Part shown: positions 10,588 through 18,990 of the stretch, in pieces
How the letters are laid out: the number at the start of each line of letters is the position of its first letter
Position numbering within the stretch: position 1 is the stretch's first letter
From: Sulfuritalea sp.
Lineage (GTDB): Bacteria > Pseudomonadota > Gammaproteobacteria > Burkholderiales > Rhodocyclaceae
NCBI RefSeq assembly: GCF_031426875.1
Contig: NZ_JASJPC010000018.1
Span: 2,428 to 66,427, forward strand
Direction of reading: 5' to 3'
Length of the DNA: 64,000 nt
The notes under the pieces: model-generated
The model's input: the letters and a program-made list of their open reading frames with translations, nothing else
Databases searched by the model: none
What the model was told of the DNA's origin: nothing
Made by a program: the position numbers and the translations under genes

Positions 10588-10796
10588 TGCGTTCGACTTG
10601 AGGGCAGTTTCAGGAGGAATCTAGCGCTGAAAAAACGTCCGCGACCTACCGTTCCACCCTGTGATCAGGAGTCATCCAGGCTCCAGCCCTGATGGGCAGC
10701 GCCGATTTGTGCAACAGCTTGCGGGCGCATTACAAGTACAGCTAAAGAGGCAAGCAAAAGGTCCGTTCCGGTGAAATGCCGCAATGGGCCTTTTGC
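10588..10796 (+). ncRNA. Candidate small RNA or small-peptide transcript
   Basis: Lies between a consensus-like promoter and a terminator hairpin; no long ORF on the + strand. Confidence 0.4.
10754..10796. terminator. Bidirectional intrinsic terminator
   Basis: GCAAAAGGTCCGTT pairs with AATGGGCCTTTTGC; A-tract and T-tract flanks; just downstream of the selO stop. Confidence 0.7.
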
Positions 10797-10852
10797 CGTT
10801 TACCGGGATAAATTAGCGCGACAAATAAGCGCGACAGATTGCCACGACAAGT

Positions 10853-12490
10853 TCAGGAACTGCAGGACAGCGCCGAGCAGCCGGCCTTGTGCCGCGCCCA
10901 TTCGGGCCGGCGCGCGGCTAGGTCCGCATTCTCGGGCTGCTCGTCGTAGGGGCGTTGCAGCACCGCCAGCAGGCGCTCGATGACCGATGCATCGCCCTGT
11001 TCCAGCGCGTCGATCGCCAGCTGCGCCAGATAGTTGCGCGCGACGTATTTTGGGTTGCAGCGGTTCATCCGCGCCCGGCGCGCGGCGGGGTCCTGGCGGT
11101 CGCGGCGCACGCGGTCGACGTAGCGCTGCAGCCAGGGCAGCAGGTGGCGGCCGCTGTCGCCGTCTTCGACATAGAAGGCAGGCCGCAGCGGGGCGAGCAG
11201 TTCGTCGTCGGCCAATTCCGCCGCGGCCAGCCCGATCGGCACCTCGGCCAGCCGGCGATAGAACAGGGTCATGTCGGTCTCGACCGCGTGCAGCAAGTCG
11301 TCGAGTTCGGTCAGCAGCGTGGCGTCGTTCTCGTCGAGCGCCAGCAGGCCGAGCTTGTCGGCCATGATGCGGCGCGAGGCGGCGGCAAAGGTGCGGCCGT
11401 AGCCGGCGATGCCGGCTTCCAGATCCGTGACCGCGGGGATCAGCGGCGACAGGGCGGTGGCCAGGCGCAGCAGGTTCCACTGCGCGATTTCAGGCTGCCG
11501 GCCGTAGCAGTAGCGGCGGCCCTGCGCGTCGGTGGTGTTCGGCGTCCAGCCCAGGTCGTAGCCCTCCAGCCAGCCGTAAGGGCCGTAATCGATGGTGAGG
11601 CCGAGGATGGACATGTTGTCGGTATTCATCACGCCATGGACGAAGCCGACGCGCATCCATTCCGCCACCATCAGCGCGGTGCGGCGGCAGATTTCGTCGA
11701 ACCATTTTGCATACACCGCGGGCGAGGGCGGGCCGAGTTCGGGATGGTGGGTGGCGATCACGTAATCGGCGAGGCGCCGGAGTTCGTCCAGCTCTTCATG
11801 TGCGGCGAGGATTTCGAAGTTGCCGAAGCGCACGAAGGAGGAGGCGACGCGGCAGACCACGGCGCCCGGTTCGTCCTGCGCATTGCCGTCGTAGAACATG
11901 TCGCGCTCGACCGGCTCGCCGGTGGCGACCAGGGAGAGCGCCCGCGTCGTCGGCACGCCGAGATGATGCATGGCTTCGCTGCAGAGGAACTCGCGCAGCG
12001 AGGAGCGCAGCACCGCGCGACCGTCGGCGTGGCGCGAGTAGGGCGTGCGGCCGGCGCCCTTGAGCTGCAGTTCGCGGCGCTGGCCGTCGGCACCGATCAT
12101 CTCCACCAGCGTCAGCGCCCGGCCGTCGCCCAGCTGGCCGGCCCAGTGGCCGAACTGGTGGCCGCCATAGCGCGCCGCGTAAGGCTGCATTCCCGGCAAC
12201 ACGCGATTGCCGGCGAGCACCTCGGCCGCGGCGCCATCCGGCGCTTGCGGGCGCGCGATGCCGAGCAGGGCGCTGACGTCGTCGCTCCAGGCCAGCAGGC
12301 GCGGCGCCGCGACGGGGGTCGGGCTGACCCGGCTGTAGCAGGCCTTGCGCACCGGCCGCGGGACGTCCCGCGGCAAGGGGTCGGCAGGCAGCTCGCGGAC
12401 GAAGCTGTTGTCGAAACGGCTCGCCAGCAAGGGGTCGCAGAGGTCGAGCGGCGCGGCAACGCCGGGAAGATTGCGCAGGATGTCGTTCAT
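10853..12490 (-). CDS. selO: Protein adenylyltransferase SelO (YdiU family)
   Basis: YGGHQFG, GQLGDGRA, LQLKGAGRTPYSR, HGVMNTDN, IDYGPYG, C-terminal SCSS. Confidence 0.95.
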   Translation of the reverse strand: MNDILRNLPGVAAPLDLCDPLLASRFDNSFVRELPADPLPRDVPRPVRKACYSRVSPTPVAAPRLLAWSDDVSALLGIARPQAPDGAAAEVLAGNRVLPGMQPYAARYGGHQFGHWAGQLGDGRALTLVEMIGADGQRRELQLKGAGRTPYSRHADGRAVLRSSLREFLCSEAMHHLGVPTTRALSLVATGEPVERDMFYDGNAQDEPGAVVCRVASSFVRFGNFEILAAHEELDELRRLADYVIATHHPELGPPSPAVYAKWFDEICRRTALMVAEWMRVGFVHGVMNTDNMSILGLTIDYGPYGWLEGYDLGWTPNTTDAQGRRYCYGRQPEIAQWNLLRLATALSPLIPAVTDLEAGIAGYGRTFAAASRRIMADKLGLLALDENDATLLTELDDLLHAVETDMTLFYRRLAEVPIGLAAAELADDELLAPLRPAFYVEDGDSGRHLLPWLQRYVDRVRRDRQDPAARRARMNRCNPKYVARNYLAQLAIDALEQGDASVIERLLAVLQRPYDEQPENADLAARRPEWARHKAGCSALSCSS

Positions 12491-12515
12491 GGCAGGTGGG
12501 AGTGATGCCGGCAGG

Positions 12516-12598
12516 GAGTTGGCGCTGATGAAGCAACTGCGCTACAAGGCGGTCGAGCAAACTACGCTCTCCTCGCCGTAGCGGATGGCGATACGGCG
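12516..12598 (+). repeat. 83-bp long form of the 23-bp motif, copy 1
   Basis: 69/83 identical to 54560-54642 by manual alignment; ends match the two halves of the short motif. Confidence 0.8.
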
Positions 12599-12635
12599 TT
12601 TGTACCCGCGCCCCGGGCCAATATCAACCCTGAAG

Positions 12636-13208
12636 CTAGTGTGGCGTCAGCCGCGTGAAGTAGGCTTTGCTTTCCCGCTTGCGCCACTCCCATGGCGGAA
12701 ACGGTGCCACGTCCTGCCACAGGCCGATGCGCCGGGCGCGTGCATCGAACTCGGCGTACTCGTAATAGCCCTGTTCTTCCAGCGACTGCTCGCGGCGGAG
12801 TTCGCGATACCACCAGGCCAGCCCGGCCTCCAACTGCGCCAGCGCGGCGTCGCGCGTGCGGGCACAGCCTGGACAGTCGGGCGGCTGCACCATGACGCGC
12901 GCGACGATGCGCCCGTAGTCGTCTTCCTTGCGCCGTTCGACGCTGACCTTCCTGCCCAGCAACAGGTCTGCCAGATTCTTGCGCGACTCCCGGCCGAAGG
13001 CCTGTCTGGGTTCCGGCGCGTCGATGCCGGCGAGGCGGATCTTGTAGCGGGTTTTGCGGCTGTCCATCACGATGATGACGTCGCCCTCGGCAACCTCCAG
13101 CACCGTTGCCTGCAGGCTCTCGCAGCGGGCCGCGGGCGGGGTCAGCAGGCAGCCCAGGGCCAGGCAGCGGGCCAGACGGCGAAGACTTCCGGAGACGGGA
13201 AAATCCAT
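12636..13208 (-). CDS. Thermonuclease (SNase) family protein
   Basis: V.EGD.I, IRLAGIDAPE..QAFG, DDYGRIVA, LEAGLAW, AR..RIGLW; signal-peptide-like N-terminus. Confidence 0.88.
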   Translation of the reverse strand: MDFPVSGSLRRLARCLALGCLLTPPAARCESLQATVLEVAEGDVIIVMDSRKTRYKIRLAGIDAPEPRQAFGRESRKNLADLLLGRKVSVERRKEDDYGRIVARVMVQPPDCPGCARTRDAALAQLEAGLAWWYRELRREQSLEEQGYYEYAEFDARARRIGLWQDVAPFPPWEWRKRESKAYFTRLTPH

Positions 13209-13452
13209 GGTCGATGAATTCCCTCTTGGCGTTTGCGCGCAAAGGCGATCACCCATGCTACCAAACCCGGCCCGCCACTGCCGGTCCGCACCTTGCCACT
13301 GGCGGCGCGCACGGCCATTGGGCATAAAATGCGGATTAGACTGCGATTGAGCGCAGCACGATACCAAGCTGTTGGATATCCGGTCGCCATCCGCCGCGGC
13401 GCAATGCGGCGGCGGGCCGATCGGATCGATTCGGCGGAGGAGGATTAAACGC

Positions 13453-13890
13453 ATGAAGACCGTTCAATGGGGGTTGGACTATTACACCGGCTTGCCCGAG
13501 GTGGACCGGCAGCATCAGGAGTTGTTTGCCCTGATCAACCGGCTCAACGCCGCGAAATCGTGCTCGCCGGAAGCGCTCGACCAGGCGTTCGCCGAATTGC
13601 GCGACTACGTGCGCGAGCATTTCGGGCTGGAAGAGCAGTTGATGGCCGAGGCACAGATCGACGCCGAACATTACGCCCAGCACCGGGCCGCGCATGCGGG
13701 CTTCGTGGCGCGCCTGGATCAACTCTGGCAGGCCCGCGGCGAAGACAGCGAATGGGTGGCGGAGGAGATGCTGGCCTTCCTGACCAACTGGCTGGTGCAG
13801 CACATCCTGCTTACCGATCGCAAGATGGCGCTCGAAATCCATACCCGGATGGGCACCCAGGCGCCGCACAACATGTTCGAGCACTTCTGA
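13453..13890 (+). CDS. Bacteriohemerythrin
   Basis: G..EVD.QHQELF, HF..EE.LM, H...H, WLV.HI...D iron ligands; RBS GGAGGAGG. Confidence 0.9.
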   Translation: MKTVQWGLDYYTGLPEVDRQHQELFALINRLNAAKSCSPEALDQAFAELRDYVREHFGLEEQLMAEAQIDAEHYAQHRAAHAGFVARLDQLWQARGEDSEWVAEEMLAFLTNWLVQHILLTDRKMALEIHTRMGTQAPHNMFEHF

Positions 13891-13912
13891 CGCCGTTTCG
13901 CGGCCCGGCCGC

Positions 13913-14033
13913 CTAGTAGCCAGTCAACAAGGAAATGGCGCATTCCCTGTAGGAGCGAGCTTGCTCGCGATAAGCCGTTGTCGCGAGCAAGCTCGCTCCT
14001 ACATCCATCGGTTTCAACATGTCTGCGTACTAG
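13913..14033. mobile_element. CTAG-flanked MITE-like element carrying a REP-A doublet (GTAGGAGCGAGCTTGCTCGCGA inverted pair)
   Basis: CTAG at both ends; imperfect TIR-like ends; near-identical copy at 46339-46454. Confidence 0.75.
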
Positions 14034-15196
14034 GGCATGATCTCGACGTATTCGTAGACTTCGGCATCGACCAGGCGTTTGCGCAGGGGCAATGGCAGCC
14101 TGGCGAACCAGGCATGCGGGTCGTGCCTGTCGATCTCGCGGCCGATGAATCTCACCAGTTCGCAGATCGGTTCGACGACGTTGCGGCGATAGCGTTCGTC
14201 CTTCTTCACATAGCCCAGGTAGAGGTTCTTCATGCAGTTGCCGCGGCACCAGGGGAAGGCCTCGCAATTGTCGCAGGGCATTTCCGGGCTGGGCTGCAGC
14301 GGACTTTTCCGCAGCCAGTTGCCCTGGATCTCGCCCATCTGCATTTCCGGGGCATACATCATGTCGGGACAGGGAAATATCTTGCCGTCGGGCATGACGT
14401 TGATCAGGTGGGTCGAGACGCGGCATTGCGTCCGCCCGGCATACAGCTCCCGGCCGCGCGTCGGCAGCACCTTGTTGCGCACGATGCCCATCAGCGGCAC
14501 CAGCGGGTAGAGCGTCTCGCTGCTGGCGAAGAATTTGTCGATCAGGCGCACCAGCACCAGCTTGCGGCGGTCGACCGAATCGCCGGCATACATCTCGTCG
14601 GCAACGAACTGCCAGTACAGGTAGTCGATGGCTTCGACCGCGGTGGCCAGCTCGTCGAGTTCCTCGAAGCCGGTGTCGGGGTTGCCCCAGGTCACGCGCG
14701 CCGTGATGCTGCCGCCGACGCGCTGATGGACGTGGTTGAGGTTCTTGATCACCTGGCGCCAGATGCCGCGGCCGCGGTAGCCGTCGGTGATCTGCTCGCC
14801 GCCGTCGATCGATACCAGGATGTTGGAGAAGCGGCCCAGCATCCAGTCGGGCAGGTTGTCGAGCAGCGTGCCGTTGGTCTGCAACTGGTAGCGGAACTCG
14901 GGGAAGCGCCGCATCACGGCCTGCATCATGGGCAGGTTGAGCGTCGGCTCGCCGCCATAGAAGGTGACGTAGATTTCCTTGCCCTGCAAATGCCGCGCGA
15001 CGAAGGCCGCGAGCTGCTCGATGTCGTACTTGAGTTCGGTCTGCGAGCCCAGCATGTCGCCGACGCCCAGCGAACAATAGGTGCATTTGAGGTTGCACTT
15101 GAGCGTGGTCAGCAGTTGCAGTTCGACGCGGCCGCCGACGATGGGATCGGGGTCGGAAACGGGCTGGGGCGTGGGTGTGAGCTGGACGATGTTCAT
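14030..15196 (-). CDS. Radical SAM/SPASM-domain protein (resembles AF0577/TIGR04084-type)
   Basis: CxxxCxxC (CNLKCTYC), FYGGEP, QTNGTLL, C-terminal CxxCx5Cx3C (CDNCEAFPWCRGNC). Confidence 0.85.
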   Translation of the reverse strand: MNIVQLTPTPQPVSDPDPIVGGRVELQLLTTLKCNLKCTYCSLGVGDMLGSQTELKYDIEQLAAFVARHLQGKEIYVTFYGGEPTLNLPMMQAVMRRFPEFRYQLQTNGTLLDNLPDWMLGRFSNILVSIDGGEQITDGYRGRGIWRQVIKNLNHVHQRVGGSITARVTWGNPDTGFEELDELATAVEAIDYLYWQFVADEMYAGDSVDRRKLVLVRLIDKFFASSETLYPLVPLMGIVRNKVLPTRGRELYAGRTQCRVSTHLINVMPDGKIFPCPDMMYAPEMQMGEIQGNWLRKSPLQPSPEMPCDNCEAFPWCRGNCMKNLYLGYVKKDERYRRNVVEPICELVRFIGREIDRHDPHAWFARLPLPLRKRLVDAEVYEYVEIMP

Positions 15197-15336
15197 GATT
15201 CCGGTTCTTCTTGGGCAGTGGTGAATGTTTCAGGGCAGGGCGGACGCCCGCGGAGGCTGATGGTAGAGGCGGGCGCCGCGCCCGCATGTAGCGAACAACA
15301 GCCGGGAAACCTTGTTGTTCAAGGCTGGCGGCCGGT

Positions 15337-15669
15337 TCAATGCAAGGTCGGGTTCGACGCCACCAGGCGCAGGCCGACATTGACGATCAGCACATGCTGG
15401 CCGAGCATGACGACGCTGCCGCTGCGGCGGTTGTCCCCGGTGTCGCTGAAATCGAAGCCATAGACGCGGCGCAGCAGCAGGCGGCCGTCGTCGTCGCGGG
15501 CCAGCCTGAGGCTGGCGATGGCGACGGTGTCGTCGAGCAGTTGCAGGCCTTCGGCGGCACAGGCGGCTTTCGCCGCAGCGATGCCGATGCCGCGCACCTG
15601 GATGCTGTCGTACCAGAGCCAGGCCAGGGCAGCGAGGGCCGCCAGGCTGAGGATTTCAAATGTCGGCAT
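15337..15669 (-). CDS. DUF3301-like protein
   Basis: N-terminal TM, C...GLQLLDDTV, R.Y.FDFS.TG.NR..G.V.M.G. Confidence 0.75.
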   Translation of the reverse strand: MPTFEILSLAALAALAWLWYDSIQVRGIGIAAAKAACAAEGLQLLDDTVAIASLRLARDDDGRLLLRRVYGFDFSDTGDNRRSGSVVMLGQHVLIVNVGLRLVASNPTLH

Positions 15670-15718
15670 GATCGGGCTGGTGCATACGTCGTCTTCGCGT
15701 GGGTTCGTGGCAGTGCGG

Positions 15719-15741
15719 CGCCGTGGCGCCAGCGGCAACTT
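15719..15741 (-). repeat. 23-bp motif copy, intergenic
   Basis: rc AAGTTGCCGCTGGCGCCACGGCG. Confidence 0.75.
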
Positions 15742-15746
15742 TCCGG

Positions 15747-17180
15747 CTACTCGACCACCACGGTGCCCATCATGCCGCCGGCGGCATGGTCGAGGATATG
15801 GCAGTGGTACATCCATTCCCCCGGATTGTCGGCGACGAAGGCGACATCGACGGCCTGGCGCGGCGCCATGATCACGGTATCGCGCCATTCGCGGTGCGGC
15901 GTCGCGACGCCGTCGATGGCCAGCACGCGGAAAAAATGGCCATGCAGATGCATCGGGTGCGCGAAGTCGGTTTCGTTGATCATGTGCAGGATCACATGCT
16001 CGCCCTTGGCCAGATGCAGCAGCGGCTCGTGCATCAGCGCGTGCTCGTGCTGCGCGTTGTAGTTCATGGTCCAGGCCAGTCCCTGCTTGGCCATGATGTC
16101 CTGGATGCGCGCCGGCTTGCCGTCGACCATGCCGATCACCGGCGTGCCGCGCATGCCGCCCTGGAAGACGATGTAGTGGTCCGTGGCCTTGTCCAGGTTC
16201 GGCTCGGCGATGCGGTTCGGCGCCAGGGCGATCGGCGCCTTCAGCGGCGCGCTGCGCACCGCCGCCTGGCTCGAATAGGCCAGCGCGCCGAGCACGGTGG
16301 CGCCGGCCGGCGGGCGACCCAGGTCGCGCAGGGCGAAGCTCTGGCCGGGTTTTTCCATACAGTCGATGATCAGGTCGGCGCGCATGCCGGGCCCCAGCGG
16401 CAGGCCGTCGGCCGGGACGGGATGCGGTGTCACGCCCTGGCCGTCCCAGGCGATGATGCGCGCGGCATGGCCTTCGATGGCCAGGCGGAAAAACCGCGCC
16501 GAGGCGCCGTTGATCAGGCGCAGGCGCAGGCGTTCGCCGGCGCGCACCTCGATCTTGCGCTCGGCGCCGGCGACCAGGCCATTGACCAGCAACTGGCTGC
16601 CGAGCCGTCCCTGGTTGGCGATGTCGAGTATCCGGCCGTAATCCTCGACCTGCTGGCGCTGTTCGTCGAGCTTGATGTCGGAGAGCAGCCAGACCTCCTC
16701 GCGGTCCACCTGCGGCGGCCGCTCTTCCTCGACGATCAGCGCGCCGTACAGGCCGCGCGGCACCTGCTCGAAGCTGGACTGGTGCGGGTGGTACCAGTAG
16801 GTTCCGGAATCGCGCAGCTCGAAACGGTAGTCGAAGCGGCCGCCGACGGGGATGGGCAGTTGCGTCACGCTCGGCACGCCGTCCATGGCATTGGGCACGC
16901 GCACGCCATGCCAATGCACGGTGGTTTCCTGGGGCAGTTGATTGCTCAGCGCGAGATGGGCATGGTCGCCGCGGCGAAAGCGCAGCAAGGGGCCGGGAAA
17001 CTGTTTGTTGTAGCTCCAGACGCGGGTCTGGCCGGTGCCGTCCGGATCGAGCGCCACCTTGAATTCGGCCGCGATCAGCTCGATGCGGCGCTCGCTGCGC
17101 GGGGCCGCGCGCAGCGGCAGCGCCAGCGCGGCGCCGAGGGCGGCGGTGGTCTGGAGAAACTGGCGGCGGCGCAATGGCAT
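15747..17180 (-). CDS. Tat-exported multicopper oxidase (three-domain)
   Basis: RRRQFL Tat motif; HWHG, WYHPH, HPMHLHGH, HCHILDHAAGGMM copper ligands. Confidence 0.92.
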   Translation of the reverse strand: MPLRRRQFLQTTAALGAALALPLRAAPRSERRIELIAAEFKVALDPDGTGQTRVWSYNKQFPGPLLRFRRGDHAHLALSNQLPQETTVHWHGVRVPNAMDGVPSVTQLPIPVGGRFDYRFELRDSGTYWYHPHQSSFEQVPRGLYGALIVEEERPPQVDREEVWLLSDIKLDEQRQQVEDYGRILDIANQGRLGSQLLVNGLVAGAERKIEVRAGERLRLRLINGASARFFRLAIEGHAARIIAWDGQGVTPHPVPADGLPLGPGMRADLIIDCMEKPGQSFALRDLGRPPAGATVLGALAYSSQAAVRSAPLKAPIALAPNRIAEPNLDKATDHYIVFQGGMRGTPVIGMVDGKPARIQDIMAKQGLAWTMNYNAQHEHALMHEPLLHLAKGEHVILHMINETDFAHPMHLHGHFFRVLAIDGVATPHREWRDTVIMAPRQAVDVAFVADNPGEWMYHCHILDHAAGGMMGTVVVE

Positions 17181-17198
17181 CGGTGGTTCTCCTGGGGA

Positions 17199-17966
17199 TC
17201 AGGGCGCGGACTGCTGATAGAGGCGGGTCACCTGGTCGGCCAGTTCCAGCACGGCGTCGCCGCCTTCGGCCAGGATCAGCCGGAAGGATTCGGCGCCTTC
17301 GGTGGCCAGCGCCGTGCGCAGCCATTCCCATTGCAGCGCGAGGTTCTCGATTTCGCCGCGGGTCGCGGCACTGTTGTCGGCGCGTTGCTGCATGGCGGTC
17401 AGCGCACCGGAAAACTCGTTCTGCACCGATTCCATCTCGTCGCGCAGGCGGGCATTGTCGACGCCCCACTGGCGCAGCATGTAGGTCTTCACCAGGCGCT
17501 GCGAGAGCATGCGCTGGCGGCCGGCCAGATTGACCCAGCGGCTGACCGGTGCGCTGCTCTGGTCCTGCAGTGCGCGCGTCAGCCGTTCCGCCGCCATCAG
17601 CACGTCTTCGGCGCGGGCGTCGATCAGTTCGGCATCGGCCTGGCGGATCACGCCGAGCGCCGTCGTGCGCAGCGGCGACCAGGCGGCGCGCAGGCCGGCC
17701 AGCGCGGTGCGCGCCGGCGGGCTGGCCGCCACGGGATCGAGCGCCTTCAGGTTGTCCTCGAAGCGGCGGATGGCTTCATCGAGCTGGCGCTTGGACAGCG
17801 CCGGCTGCACGTTGAGGCCGATCTGGCACCAGGATTTGACGATGCGCTGCGACAGCATGCGCTGCTGGCCGGCAAGATTGATGGCATCGGCGTCGGTCGC
17901 CTGCGCCAGCTGCGCCGCGCAGCCCAGCGCCAGGATCAGCCAGAGACGGAGTAAGGCTTGCAACAT
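17199..17966 (-). CDS. Secreted protein with two PilJ/NarX-like sensor domains
   Basis: Signal peptide; AINLAGQQRMLSQR and VNLAGRQRMLSQR; no TM or output domain. Confidence 0.8.
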   Translation of the reverse strand: MLQALLRLWLILALGCAAQLAQATDADAINLAGQQRMLSQRIVKSWCQIGLNVQPALSKRQLDEAIRRFEDNLKALDPVAASPPARTALAGLRAAWSPLRTTALGVIRQADAELIDARAEDVLMAAERLTRALQDQSSAPVSRWVNLAGRQRMLSQRLVKTYMLRQWGVDNARLRDEMESVQNEFSGALTAMQQRADNSAATRGEIENLALQWEWLRTALATEGAESFRLILAEGGDAVLELADQVTRLYQQSAP

Positions 17967-17978
17967 TGTCTGCTTCTC

Positions 17979-18845
17979 CTAGAACGCCGGCACGCCCATC
18001 GCCTGCAATGCGCGATTGAGCTGGACAAAGGCCTTTTCCATGGCCGCCACGGCTTCCGTGTGATTGTTGGTGCGTGCCTGGCCGGCGGCTTCCTCCTTGA
18101 GGCGGCCGGCTTCCTGAACGAAGTCATCGACCATGCGGCGCTTGTCGCCTGCGGCGCGTCCCTCCGCGATCATCATGCCGACCAGGATTTCGTTGGACTG
18201 GAAGCGCTTCTGTTCATATACATACTCGTCGGCCGGCGAATTGAACTTGAGGGACATCGTCACCACCTCGCCGGCGCGCAGGCGCGAGATTTCCTCCACT
18301 TCGAGCTTGTAGGCTTCGGCCATCTTCCGGTTGGCGTCGCCCAATCGCCCGGCCGCGGCCAGCTTGCTCCCTTCGTCGGCCAGCGCATCGACGCGCTGCA
18401 GTGCCAACTGCGCGGCCGCGCTGACGGACGGCTTGTTGCCCAGATCGACCAGCGAGGCGCGGTAGGTCGCCACCTGCTCGCCCATGTCCTGCAGGCGCTG
18501 CTTCTGCACGCTGTCGGCAAGCCCCCCGGCATTGCGGCTATTGGCCCTGGAGACGTTGCGCAAGGCCTCGTCGAGCGCCTTTGCGGCGTCGGCGTGGCGT
18601 TGTGCCGTGAGCGCCTCCCGGGCTTCCTTGAGCAAGCCCCGGCTGCGTTCGATCAGCGCCGCCTTCTCGCCATCTCCGCTGGCGGCTGCTGCCTGCGCGG
18701 CCGGCGATGCGACCAGCATTTCGACCAGCTTGAGCTTCTGCTCCGCGAGCCGTCGCTGCTGATCCGGGTCGGGCGCCGTCTGCGCCGCGGCCGGCAGGGC
18801 CAGCAGGCAGGATGCCAGAATCAGTCCGCCGATCGATCGTCGCAT
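17979..18845 (-). CDS. Hypothetical secreted all-helical protein
   Basis: Signal peptide MRRSIGGLILASCLLALPAAA; Ala/Glu/Arg-rich helical composition; co-directional with neighbours. Confidence 0.7.
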   Translation of the reverse strand: MRRSIGGLILASCLLALPAAAQTAPDPDQQRRLAEQKLKLVEMLVASPAAQAAAASGDGEKAALIERSRGLLKEAREALTAQRHADAAKALDEALRNVSRANSRNAGGLADSVQKQRLQDMGEQVATYRASLVDLGNKPSVSAAAQLALQRVDALADEGSKLAAAGRLGDANRKMAEAYKLEVEEISRLRAGEVVTMSLKFNSPADEYVYEQKRFQSNEILVGMMIAEGRAAGDKRRMVDDFVQEAGRLKEEAAGQARTNNHTEAVAAMEKAFVQLNRALQAMGVPAF

Positions 18846-18915
18846 CACTTTCCTGTCTCTCCCCGTATCCCGATGGCTTCGTCGGCATTTTGCCAGCAAT
18901 TCGCCGCGCCACAGA

Positions 18916-18938
18916 AAGTTGGCGCTGGCGGCACGGCG
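18916..18938 (+). repeat. 23-bp motif copy, divergent intergenic
   Basis: AAGTTGGCGCTGGCGGCACGGCG. Confidence 0.8.
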
Positions 18939-18990
18939 AGGCGCTGGATGGGACCGCTTGTTGCGGCGAAACATCGGCTAAGCTCGGCCG

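Noticed and set aside
10853-10870. Selenocysteine readthrough at the selO TGA
   Set aside because: The protein ends SCSS with Cys encoded by TGC at the position equivalent to Sec; TGA is the normal stop and no SECIS-like element was evident.
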